A DNA stretch of 64,000 bases from Utricularia gibba (taxonomy: Eukaryota > Plantae > Magnoliophyta): NCBI GenBank assembly GCA_002189035.1, contig NEEC01000007.1, forward strand, positions 1,302,001 through 1,366,000, read 5' to 3'. The position numbers and the translations under genes were made by a program. Below the pieces are notes generated by a model, which was given only the letters and a program-made list of their open reading frames with translations, did no database searches and had not been told where the DNA came from. The stretch's first letter is position 1, and every line of letters starts with the position of its first letter. Shown here piece after piece: positions 38,101 to 49,982 of the stretch.

Positions 38101-41100
38101 ATAAATGTCTTATGCGTAGTGTAGAGTTAAAGAACTTCAACACACCAAGAGTTTCTGAATCTCTGTGAGCCATCTTCCTTTGATGCATCAGATGTAGATG
38201 CCCGGGCAGCCACTGAGCAGCCACTGGTTTTCAGTGCAAAAACAATCTAAGACGCCAAACTGAAGGTAAACTAAAAAAAATTATCAGCTCTTACAAACCT
38301 GAACTGCACATAATTTACATCATTTTCATGGCCAGCCAAAACATCCATCTCATGATTAGGTTTTCCAAGATTCTCGGTAACAGGTTTGCAGACATTCCAA
38401 ACCTGAGAAGAAATGAACCACAAATACATTATTATACACATCACATGTACATCCAGAAGCACTGTAGCGCACAAGAATTCATTTTTTCATACTAAGCACC
38501 AGTAGCTCAAATCATTTGGAGAATTTTTTTATCTTGGATTTTAGCAGAATAAAAGTAATCACATGCTTTTAAGAGAATTGAGACAGTGCTGCAGGAACAA
38601 ACCCTTGCAAAAGTGTCTGAGCTTCCAGTTACAAAAACTGTCCCACTGGAACTGAAAGCACAGCAGAAAATTTGATGACTTTGTTGGGCATTGGTGGATG
38701 CGGGAACGTGGATTCTTCCTACACCATTTAAAGGGAATACAATAAATCCTAAAATCTCCAAGGAAAATTCACTCTTAGAGGCACCAACCCACCAGCTACG
38801 GAATCAGGAGGTTTTGGTACATATATGCGTGGGCTGATGAGGGGATTTCTAGCATCCCAAATACGACAAGTACCATCATCAGAGGATCTGTAGCAGCAAA
38901 GGAAACACAACCATAAAAGTAGGTCAGCAAAACAAGCTAACAGTCAGAGCAGCTTCAGCGTTTCCTTTAATATAAAGAAAGAAAAGGCCATCTTTTTAGG
39001 CTACAGAGGTCCCCTTCTCAACATAAAAGGTAAAAAAAACTTGCTGAAACCCATAGACCAACCATATACCACATATCAGTCGCACTGCATTTTAACAAAC
39101 AGAAACATAAGGCCACACATGTTGGATTGTTTTAGCAAGCAGTATGCTCATGATCCACTCATTTATGTCGTTTTGGCTATAATATCTAAAAATCAAGCTC
39201 ACATCTATTTTCCGAAGTTCAACCAAACAAAAGCTGATACATAAATCATGATACTCACGATAAAAGAAGATACAAAGCACCCGGCCTAGGACTGAATTGG
39301 ATAGCTGTGACTGCTCCCGTATGCCCTCTCAATACAGAGATTGGTAGCCCATCAGGCATATGCCACTGTTGGAAAATAGATTAATCACTGAATTCTGAAT
39401 AATCATATAAGATTAAATTAAAGTAGAACATCATGTTTGGGAAAGTAATTACAACTCGGATTGTACAGTCATTTGAAGCAGATGCCACTAACGCATTATT
39501 AGAGCTGACTGCAAGGTCTGTGATGTCGCCCTTAAAAAAATTAAACCAGATAAAAACAGGCAGATGAAATAGAGCTGGAACCTTCATTACATTCAAACAG
39601 AGATTTTACTCACTTCATGTCCACGACAGCTGACCAAGCAATATGCTGTTTCCATAGACCAAATTTTAACAAGGCGGTCATCAGAACCAGTAACAACATA
39701 CCTCCCAGATCGATCAAAGATGGCTGTCAGATATGAATGATTTAGAATGATCACAATATCAGACTACATGACACAAGGAATAGAGATAGTGACACTGACA
39801 TGGAAACACATTGCAAAACTTAAAGAGACCATACAATTATTATCAAACCCGAGAATTCTTAAGGATGAAAATTACTCTAAATCTACACCAAGTTAAGATG
39901 GACAGATTAACCAAGTATCATCCAGATTACCGAGTGAAAAATATATTATACAAGAAAGCGCAAAGGAAATAAGAACATCTCCTTGAGATCTAGCTAATAT
40001 AAAGAAATACCACAATGAAAATCTGAAATTCTACTAGAAAAAAATATTCCAGGAAATAAGAAAATCTTCTTTTGAATTGTGGAGAGCTCTTGTAGCCAAA
40101 AACGGGATGAATATAAAATCCTATCAATACTAACCACAATAGACAGCATTCCGATGTCCACGAACACGTTTAATATTTTGCATCTTCTGCACCATAGTTG
40201 AAGGTTTAGCAATGACATAGCAAGCTGCATGAGTAGAAGGTGCGCGCTGATGTCTAGTGAAGCCACCACCTATTTCCCTTAAACCCAAACCACGAACTTG
40301 ATCAGCAAGTTTGTGAGGCCAGCGCAAGTAGCTTGGGGGGTGCATGTCGTTGTTTCCCTTTGAAACATGATCACCTTGAATGAAAGAATGAAATCATAAC
40401 CATGCAGACACATGTCGGTTTAAGCAAAGAAGCATAAAGATGACAAAAAATAGAAATTTAGAAGTAATTACTTGCAACAAGAGAAAAAGATCCTGTCCCA
40501 AGAAGAGTAGGAACAGTAGCTGCGCTGCACGAATTTCTAGAAAGTGTGCACCCATCGGATGGAGTAGCATCTAAGATCAGTTGCTTCAAAAGCTTTATCA
40601 AGTGATCCTTACCAACATGAAGATGCCTAAAGCAACGTGTTATAACAGCATCAATAGGCTATGACAGCTAAAAAATGTGAAAGTTAACATTTAAAAAAAA
40701 AACTCAGATCCTAATTCCCAAAAATACATGATTGCATCAACAAGCAAATATTTTTTAAACGAAAAAAAAATGACAGAAGCCATTGCACATCAAACCCCCC
40801 TAAATACGCATTAAGAGGATTTACCTCCCCACCAACTCAGAATAGTTTAGTGGAAATGATATTCCATCATCATTTTCGTCTCCACTAGCTATGCCACTGC
40901 GTGAATACCATGCATGGTATCGCCTGGGTAAAAGTTGGCACTCCAAGAGTTCATTCCAGAGTTGCCCACAAGTCCTCTGGAATGGACCAGCGGATAGGAA
41001 GTGAAAAATAAGGAAATAAACTTCTCTGAGGTCCAGATCTACATCAGCTTCATTATGATTTTTCACTAATTCAGCTGCACTCGCTTTTCCATTCTCCCTT

Positions 41101-41171
41101 TTTGAGAAAGTCAAAGACTGACCATTAACTGGAGTTGCATTAGAAACAGGAACACATTTCCTGAGAGCCAT
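32136..41171 (-). CDS. Bromodomain and WD-repeat protein (BRWD/PHIP-like), multi-exon, apparent 1-bp frameshift at about 32691
   Basis: N-terminal DLDLREVYFLIFHFLSAGP, WD40 repeats (RGHRNAVYC, GHENDVNYVQF), YIPQYGDEVVYLR, and bromodomain RFPVPISLEVIKARLENNYYR..KRLSDWFAKTLSSL* (TAA 32136-32138). Confidence 0.92.
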
Positions 41172-41311
41172 CCAACCTAAATATTGGAAATGGGCAATGG
41201 CATTTAGTCTTAGAAGTGAGCATCACTTCCATAACATAAGAGTCATGGCAGTTAAAAACAGTGTTGGGTATAAAATTGATCATATACTACACATGATGGC
41301 AGTCTCCGATT

Positions 41312-41504
41312 CATAAGGGAGTAGACCACCAGATAATCAATTCAGAAAATCTCACAAAAAACAAAGGATGCAACGGCTAAACGAAAATACATCACCAGAA
41401 ATGTATCCATAAGGGAGTAGACCACCAGATAATCAATTCAGAAAATCTCACAAAAAACAAAGGATGCAACGGCTAAACGAAAATACATCACCAGAAATGT
41501 ATCC
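41312..41504 (+). repeat. Two apparently identical 96-bp tandem copies upstream of the BRWD start codon
   Basis: CATAAGGGAGTAGACCACCAG...CCAGAAATGTATC begins at 41312 and again at 41408. Confidence 0.92.
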
Positions 41505-41671
41505 AAAAAAACTTGGGGAACAAAATACTAAAGTTTCAAAGTGGGTCAACGCTAACCAGAGAAGCAACAGTACCTTCCCGGTTCTCGAGGAAAATCTTTC
41601 ACAAAGCTCGAAACTCCAAAACCCTGACCAGAAATCTCCCATGCGGATCACGCTGTAGCATTGGCAAAATG

Positions 41672-41680
41672 AAACCCTAA
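41672..41680 (+). promoter_or_regulatory. Telo-box (AAACCCTAA) in the BRWD leader region
   Basis: Exact motif; its function is inferred. Confidence 0.4.
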
Positions 41681-42744
41681 CCCTTCGCTACCTTCCCTAC
41701 ACACTGAGGAAGCAAAACGAGATTAAAACCAAATACAAATCGAATAAAGGCAATTAACGGTCTAATCCACACCCGACAAAGCCACCAACAAAATCCCCCA
41801 CACTGGGAACGTTAATATGAAGTTCAGAATCAATCGTCGTTAGCTTAGAATCCTATGTGTACGTAACTCATTCCGCACACAAAAAGAACTGAACAGACGC
41901 AAAAATGGGGATGACGATTGCATTCAACGAAACACTATTGCAGAAGGATGTCGTTCAAGTACCTTGTTCGGTTGAAGAATCAAAAAGGGGATCACGAAGC
42001 GATGAAAAAAAAACCAAAGAATATAAGATGTCGAATTTTTCTTTCCCCTGCAGCTTTTGATGAATGTGATGAAGCTCAAGTATTTTGCATATCACTGCAG
42101 TTCGGTTTTTGGAAGCAATTGAAAGTTGGAGAGAAAACTCCCAGAGATAGCGAATCGCTGGTTTATATATCTTTTCACAGATAGGACATCCCTGGCTTCC
42201 CAAGGCCCAAATTCGCATATTCGCCCCCAATCTTTAATAATTTATACTTTCACCTCTAAATTAAAAAAAAAAAAAAAGACCTCAATGCCCCCAACTTTAC
42301 AGAAATTGTGTGCCGCTCTCAGAAAGTGATTTTGCGCCGAGAGCGGAGCAGGAAGCGCATATCTGGAAGGTGAGCGAAAGGGAAGATTGAAGAAATGCCT
42401 GATTGTGCCGTGAATGAAGGACAATCCAGAGACCATGAGTATGATCATGGTTCTTTGGGGTTCATGCTGTCTTGTGGGTTGATTTTAGGTTTTTAATGCT
42501 GTATGCTGCTGTTCACAATCTCTTTAAGAAGCGGTAAGGGGTTGCATGGTCGTGTGGGTGCTGCATTTCTGTACACGATAGAGCCTGATTCATCGTGTGA
42601 ATGGTCTATCTGTAAAGAGCACTTGGTGGCTTTGTGGAGTGTCCCACTATCACAGTCTCATGGAGCTGATTTTGGGGACTTTGTGAAACTTCACTATCAA
42701 TAAAAGTTCACTGAGTGGAATAACTTTTCTAGAGTTCACCAGAG

Positions 42745-45113
42745 ATGCCTTTGCTTTCGAACTTGCCGCTTTCTGTTCATCCTCTCTCGTCTACTTCTCG
42801 GAAGAGGAGAGCAAAATTCAACTGCAGAGAATTTATTCCCAGTAGCTCATTTGCTGCTCAGTCGCGTAGAGTACACGAAGAAGAAGAGCCATTGGCGAAG
42901 GTGAAACGCCTGATTACAGAAACCGGGATTTCTTCAGCCATTACTTCACAAGTGAAATCACTTCAAAAAGGAAACTGGGTCAAGCTCATTTGCGGCGCCA
43001 GCTTTGAGGTGTTGAAATCCTCGGGCTCCTTTTTTTTATGCCACAAAGTCTACATATTGTTTCGGTCACCTTACTTCCTCCTATGACTAGGACGTGATTG
43101 ATATCAGGAATCTCTCGTTGGTGTACACTCTTGCTGGAGGTAAAATTGTTTCACTACCAGAAGTTTTTCTTTAAGTTTTCTGAAACACTGTTTCATGAAT
43201 GGGGTTGTTTTGGTCTCATGCAGTTGATTGCATTGATTGTGCTGCTGACGCATCGGTAGTGAGGGCTGTAAATGAGGGTATTGATGCAGCTATAGCCATC
43301 GTCCCCATTCGAAGGCCTTGGGTTATGATCAGTGTCAATGATGATGAAGATTTGCATTTTCGTAAAGCTGGTAATAATGCCCTGGTCTTTCTCTTTTCAC
43401 TGCCGTCGTGAACATGGGCCGCATTCTCTCAACGTGATGTATTTCTGTTCAGTTTTTGATCCAGATGATTGTCCCACGTATTGTACTAGGCCATGTGAAA
43501 GGGTCTGCCCAGCTAATGCAATTCCACCCTTGGGCAGTGCTGGTTTTTCCATGGTTATACCTTTTTCCCATTCGTCACTTTTCTAAACAATACCAGCCTT
43601 TGCGTCAAATAGTTTGTGATTCTGAAAAACAGAAATGAATCTTTAATTAGAGTGGAGTCTTAGCTGAAAGATGCTATGGCTGTGGCCGCTGCTTACCTGT
43701 CTGCCCATATGATAAGATAAGTAAGTCCCATATTTTCTTTGAAATCACGTATGATATCTTATAGAGTATTTCCATTTTAGATTTTGAGTTTTTTCTGTGT
43801 ATTGTTTTAGGATTTAAATCTAAATGAAAATTGTAGATCGTGTACAAGATTCTGTTTTTTGAAAGGTGATAATTTTTGTGCCTGTGGAGCACAAGGCACC
43901 CTTTATTGAACTCACACACTTGGTTGGTTGAATTTTCCTCAGTCGCTCCTGCCTTTTTCTTAAATTTAGGTGCTACTACGTATATAAGGGATGCTGCTGC
44001 TACAGCTCAACTTTTGAACCAAGGTGGTGTTGAAGCCTTAGAAATCCACACCAACGGAAGGTAGGAAGATGCTGCATCTAATTTTAGATTCCCATCTTGT
44101 ATTGAACAAACCTATGCTTGTTTACTAATTCTGAACCATTCATAGGACATTAGAATCATTCCAGAAACTTTGGAGTAGTATGGAAAAGTCGGTTGATATG
44201 CTGAGTCTTGTAGCTGTGAGTAATTTTTCTTTGAAATAGCATCCAGCTACTTGGTTGATTATGCTGATCCGTCAGCATTGTAATTTTCGATCCTCTTGCT
44301 GTGTAGGTTAGTTTTCCTGATTTAGGAGAGTTATCTGTACCAGCGATGAAGGCTATGTACGACATAATGAAGGTCAATCTCCGTTGCATAAATTTATGGC
44401 AGGTAACTGAATTTCAAGAATTCCTCCTCGGTATGTATGTATTCAATATTTTCAGTGAGAGTTTTGAGGAGACTTTATGCATAGATGGATGGGCGACCAA
44501 TGAGTGGAGATATTGGACGAGGAGCAACACGAGAAACAATCAAATTTGCTTTGCATTTAGCCTCTGCGAAAGACAGACCCAGGGGTATGTTGACGCATTA
44601 ACTTTCTTCATCTATGTTTCAAGTTTCTTTACACAACGATGCTTCGAATAAAAACAGGTCTTCTTCAACTAGCCGGTGGCACAAATGCGCACACTGTAGA
44701 GGGGTTGAAAAGGGAAGGGCTGTTTCAAACCACATGCACATCTGGTATCGAATCCAGTTACTTCAAACATTATGCAACGTAGAAGACCCGACTTGTTGAT
44801 CCATGGGTTTCATTTTGTTTTCAGAAAAAATAAACATTGGAACCCTATCATTGGATTCATTCGACTCCTCTCATGCTGTGATCTGTGGAGTTGCCTTTGG
44901 TGGCTATGCACGAAAGGTGAAGTCCCTTTATTTCTCCTAGGCAGAAGTTCTTATCCACTGATTTCTAGTGAACAGGTAGTTGGGAGGGTTTTGCAAGGCC
45001 TTCAATCTGCAGGTTCCTGCGCCCGTTTAGAGGATTATCCGGATCACCTTCTCGAGGCACTCGCAGAATCGATTGCTTTAGTTGGAACAGTTAAATGCTA
45101 CAACCAAAGGTAG
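42745..45113 (+). CDS. 4Fe-4S protein homologous to cyanobacterial LdpA, with probable plastid transit peptide
   Basis: Twelve exons join in frame. WVKLICGASFED, HFRKA, CPTYCTRPCERVCP and CYGCGRCLPVCP (Fe-S), LEIHT, DGRPMSGDIG and QLAGGTN motifs; Ser/Arg-rich N-terminus. Confidence 0.85.
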
Positions 45114-46120
45114 TGAAAAGCGTACATAAGCCTAGGCCTGTACAGTGAGGGATGCAAATGATGTTACTTTGCTTCTTTTGTCTTCCATCTGAATTGCATG
45201 AAAGCGAATTATTATGTGTTCAATTTGATTTATGCACACCACCCTTCTCAAACTATATCAATCAACCATTTTTTTAAAAAAAAATAAAGTGCATCGCCTG
45301 AAATTCCCCACGCAAACATTTCACTAGGCACTCACCCAAATTGTTGTGTTTTGTAGATGAAACCGTCGTCAACACTTTGTTTTTGTCAAGAAACCAGTCA
45401 CAGGTGTTGCCTTGCTGCTTATTGACTCCATGCTTGTTGCCCGCTGCCTCTCTTTCCATCAAAAAGGCCACATTTACATTGTTAGCTCAAAGTATCTGGA
45501 GCATATCCAAGTGAATGGCCTCGACCTTCACTCAGCACACAGTCGCCCCTGCTTCTGCTATTCCAGCCCATTACAGAGGCTATGGCCATTGCCATGGTTT
45601 CAACTTCCTGGATCTCATTGCTGACTTGCTTGTCCTTCTTGATGCTCTTAATCCATCCAAGGTATTCTTCTTAGTTGCTTGAGTTTTTTGTCTGCGTGTG
45701 TGCTGTAATGTAGTGACATGATGCCAGTTCTTAGACAAGCGATTATTCCATTTATTCTAAGAATCATGAACCTCACAAAAAGAGGGTGATAAAGATTGAC
45801 AAAGGTATACTATAAAGATTGAAACTTGTGAACAGCCACACCACTTAACACATACTTTAGGAGTGAATGCTCAGCTCCTCCCGGTACAGCATTCACTTCG
45901 GCGCTCCCAGGCCCACCATGTGAAGAGCATCCCTTTACAGCATGCTACATAATAAATGACCCCAACATCGGGGGAATTACTTCGTAATCCACCAACATCA
46001 ACTACTTTAATCTCTGTCTTTTCAAGTTGCTGGTGGCATTCCATGAACAACTTAACTCCCCCTCGTCTACAAAAGGTGTTTTGCCTTTTCAAGTAGCCCT
46101 GAATCCTTCTCCTTGTGTCC

Positions 46121-47508
46121 ATGGGTGAGCTTCGATGGTTTGTCGTGCTGATTCTTCTTCTGTGGGAGACATGCAGATGGGGTCCCTGTTTTGGTGCTGA
46201 AAAAGCCAACTTTGTCTTTGGAGACTCTTTGGTCGATGCTGGCAACAACAACTACATTGCAACGCTTTCCAGAGCAAATTTTGCTCCCAATGGGATTGAT
46301 TTCGGCCACCCCACTGGTAGATTTACCAATGGAAGAACCATCATCGACATTATAGGTAACTTTCCTGTCACCTTTTCATACTTAGAGACGTGGAAACTAA
46401 AACAATACTATTCAATAAGTAGCACAAGGGATCGGCTTCGTGGACTTTACCCCACCCTACTTAGCACCCGGAACCACCGGAAAAACCATTCTCCAGGGAG
46501 TCAATTACGCTTCCGGTGCCGGAGGAATCCTCAATGAAACCGGAAAAGTTTTCGTGAGTTCGTAGATACATTTTTTTAGACTAGCAAAAGTTTTTTTTTT
46601 TTTTGTACATGTAGAAGAAATACTTCATTTTTTACAGGTTGGGAGGATTAATCTCGATGCCCAGATCGACAACTTCGTCAACACCAAGCGAGAGATAATT
46701 TCACTCATAGGAGAAAAGGCAGCTGAAAAACTACTGAAAAATTCACTCTTTTCACTCACGATGGGCTCAAACGACTTCATCAACAACTACTTAACCCCAG
46801 TTCTGTCCATTCCCGAGCAGTACCTCGTCGCCCCTAACTCCTTCGTAGCATCCATGATCTCAAAATACCGAACCCAACTCACAGTAAGTATAAGGAAACG
46901 CAAAAGCAGAATTATCCCCATCTTTTCCGAACTTACCGGTGAATCATGCAACTTCCGGCGACTTTTCAGAGGCTCTACGACCTGGGTGCTAGACGAATTG
47001 CGGTATCGAACGTCGGGCCGATAGGGTGCATTCCTTATCAACGGGACTTCAACCCCCTCGCCGGGGACGAGTGTGCGGCCTTCCCCAACCAACTCGCGCT
47101 CATGTTCAACGCCCACTTGAGGTCTCTGGTTCAGGAGCTCAACGCCAATCTCAAGGGCTCCAAATTCGTATACGCCGACGTCTATCGCATCGTCGACGAC
47201 ATCGTGAAGAACCACACTGCATATGGTACTCAAACATTTACTGGCATAAATACAAGTATATTCATCATGCTCCCTTTCTCTGCACAGGATTCGCAAACGG
47301 GGACTCGGCTTGTTGCCGCTTGGCCGGCCGTTTCGGCGGCCTGATTCCCTGTTCGACGGCGTCGACTGTTTGCCAAGACCGATCCACGTACGTTTTCTGG
47401 GACCCCTTCCACCCGACGGAAGCTGCAAACCTGGTGATCGCACGACGACTTCTGGATGGCGATTCCAGGGACATTTGGCCCGTAAACATTCGGGTCCTGA
47501 CCCGGTGA
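46121..47508 (+). CDS. GDSL esterase/lipase, secreted
   Basis: Exons 46121-46355, 46423-46553, 46638-46883, 46969-47224, 47288-47508. [31 protein letters not shown] and FWDPFHPTE motifs. Confidence 0.95.
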
Positions 47509-48616
47509 TCCCATTTTCTTTTATTCGAAAATTTGTAAAGCAATTATATTTTAAATAATTGAGACAATTTCTATAGACGTTATTAAATTCTTGCGTGCCA
47601 TGCGACAGCATCTATGTACGGTCTTCATAATTTTGAATAGGCATTAACATTATATTTTAAACGCATGTTGGTTTTTTAATGTTAGATTATTACAAACCTT
47701 TGATAAGTACGAACTATTCGAAAAAAATACAAATTTATATGTTATGAATGCATACGAGTACGAAAAATTAATATATTTAATAATTTATATATCAATAATA
47801 TATATGATGATAAAAGAAGATTTCGATACTAAATAGCGAAGTGATAGAATTAAATAATGAAAAGAATATTAATAATATTAAAATAAAAATTCTTTAATTT
47901 TTTAAAAAAGAATGATCCAAACGTTTACTTAAAATGAAAAACTTAAATAAAACATGTTTTTGATTTCAACAACTTCTTCGAATAAAAAAAATCATATTAA
48001 CTTTCATGAAATTCACTAATTATGTTCTAATTTGATGGTATTAATTAGTGATTGAAATATTTTTACTTGACATAAGTCGAATTTGATATCAAATCATATG
48101 TTCGCTTCGAATCAAATGTTTCAATTTAAATATCTACATATATAATTGTTCGTTTTAGATATCTAATTTTCACGTTTTTATTATTACTAAAAGTTTTAGA
48201 TAAAATGGGAGTGGTATGGTAAGGTGTGGTGAGGGGTTGTATGATATGGGGCTAAATTTATGGTGGGAAGGCCGCATGAGATCCCACCACTGCGCATGTG
48301 ACGAGTCTCTGTTTTCCCCATCCACGATTTCCTTTTAAACTGCTCTCTTCACCTCTCACCCTTGCAGTCCATTCCTCTGAATTCCTTCGCGCCGCGCTTG
48401 GCTACCAATGGATGCTCTGTACAATCCTCAGTTTCGGCAGTGAACCGGCCGGAGATTGGTTCGGCGTAAGGTGACAGATCTTTTGCTGATTTCTTATTTG
48501 CTTGATTCGAGTTTTATGCGGTTGGAATGCTTTGATGCGTCTGTCTAGGGATTTTGATTTTGGTTTCTGTTTTCTGGATCGGATCTCGGATTCAGTTTCC
48601 GCTACCTCTGGACGAG

Positions 48617-49361
48617 ATGGCGCCGTCGCTGTTTTCGCCGAATTCCTGTGGATCATCGTCAAGAAGAAGTGGGAAGGAAATTAGTAATTCCTTGGAGAAT
48701 CGTGACGGCAACAACGCGATTCAGTGGAAATCTGAAGCGCAGCGGCGGAACTATTCATCTAAATTGTCTCGCGCGCTGCAGCATCTCAGGGTGAGCGGTG
48801 GCGCGTCGGGAGAGAGGCCGCCGCCCACGAGGCGAGTGCAGGATGCCGCGTACAGAGTCTTGGCCACGGCGGCGAAAGGCCGATCGAGATGGAGCCGAGC
48901 GATTCTCAGTACCCGCCTCAAAATGAGTTTCATGAAGAGGAATACCATGGTCAAACGACGCCGTAAATTTATGAATTCTGTGATCACAGCTGGCGGTTAC
49001 CGGTTACAGAGGAAATCCAAGTTGATTCCTCCTCGACAGAAATCCAGCACTTTGCCGGCTTTCCAGAGAAAAGCTCGGCTTCTGAGCAAGTTGATTCCCG
49101 GTTGCCGGAGACAGCCTATACTCGTGGTCTTGGAGGAGGTGATAGATTATATACCCGCCTTAGAAATGCAGGTGCCAAAACACTACTCTGGCTTTCAAAA
49201 TAATTTCATCATTAAACAAATTACACTGTTCATTTTCCATGGATTTGCAGGTTCGGGCCATGAGCGAGTTGGCGCAGCGGCTTTCAGCTACTGGATTTTC
49301 GTCGTCGGGCTCCGAAATGGCTCCCAATGATGTGGGTTCAAGTGGGGTTCCCCCAAACTAA
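48617..49361 (+). CDS. Atypical bHLH (bHLH147-150/AIF/IBH1-like)
   Basis: Exons 48617-49171 and 49251-49361. W..EAQRRNYSSKL, VLATAAKGRSRWSRAIL and LSKLIPGCR..LEEVIDYIPALEMQVRAM motifs. Confidence 0.88.
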
Positions 49362-49953
49362 GATATGCTTTTGCAGTTTCTTTCACATCTTCTCCACTGT
49401 CGGTAAGATCACTATGTGAATTGGCTCTTCCACTCTGTAGTCTTCCCATCGCCAGGATCTGTGCATGTGAAATTGGGTGCTTTTTGAACAACATCTACTA
49501 TGTTGACGACACATTTTAGTAATGGCCAAGATTTCTCTCGAAACACCATGAAATTGAGCACTGTGCAGGTATGCCAAGACGGTAGCAGCAGTAAACTGTA
49601 CTGCATCTAGGCGAAAAATCATTAAGCTTTTCTTTGGGAATTGAAGGATCTGAGTTAGATGTCTTGCACTGCCATGACAACACACCAATAATGACTGGGA
49701 GGGCACTCCGCCTTGTTAAATTCCAGTCGGGTCTTTATTTTTCTATTCTCCTCTTGCCTCTACCAGGTATCAGCCATAGTACAGCGTCCGGGTGAATAGT
49801 GAAACCCGGGATTACCCTTCTCTGATGAGATAAGGGTAAACTTCACAAGTGAAAAGAAAAAAAAAAAGGGAAATGTTGTGTTCCAGTCTGTGAAACTGAA
49901 CTTGTTGTCTTCTTCAATCCTGTGGCGGTGTGCAGTAGCTGCAGCAGCAGAAT

Positions 49954-49982
49954 AAGAAGAAGAAGAAGAAGAAGAAGAAGAA
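49954..49982 (+). repeat. (AAG)9 microsatellite
   Basis: Direct reading. Confidence 0.9.

Noticed and set aside
45470-45720. Short minus-strand frames upstream of the GDSL gene
   Set aside because: No start codon or recognisable homology; likely promoter sequence.
47560-48200. AT-rich intergenic blocks (also about 18000-18560, 21600-22250, 28800-29300, 62400-62820) as possible MITE/Helitron relics
   Set aside because: No terminal inverted repeats, target-site duplications or Helitron ends could be identified by eye.
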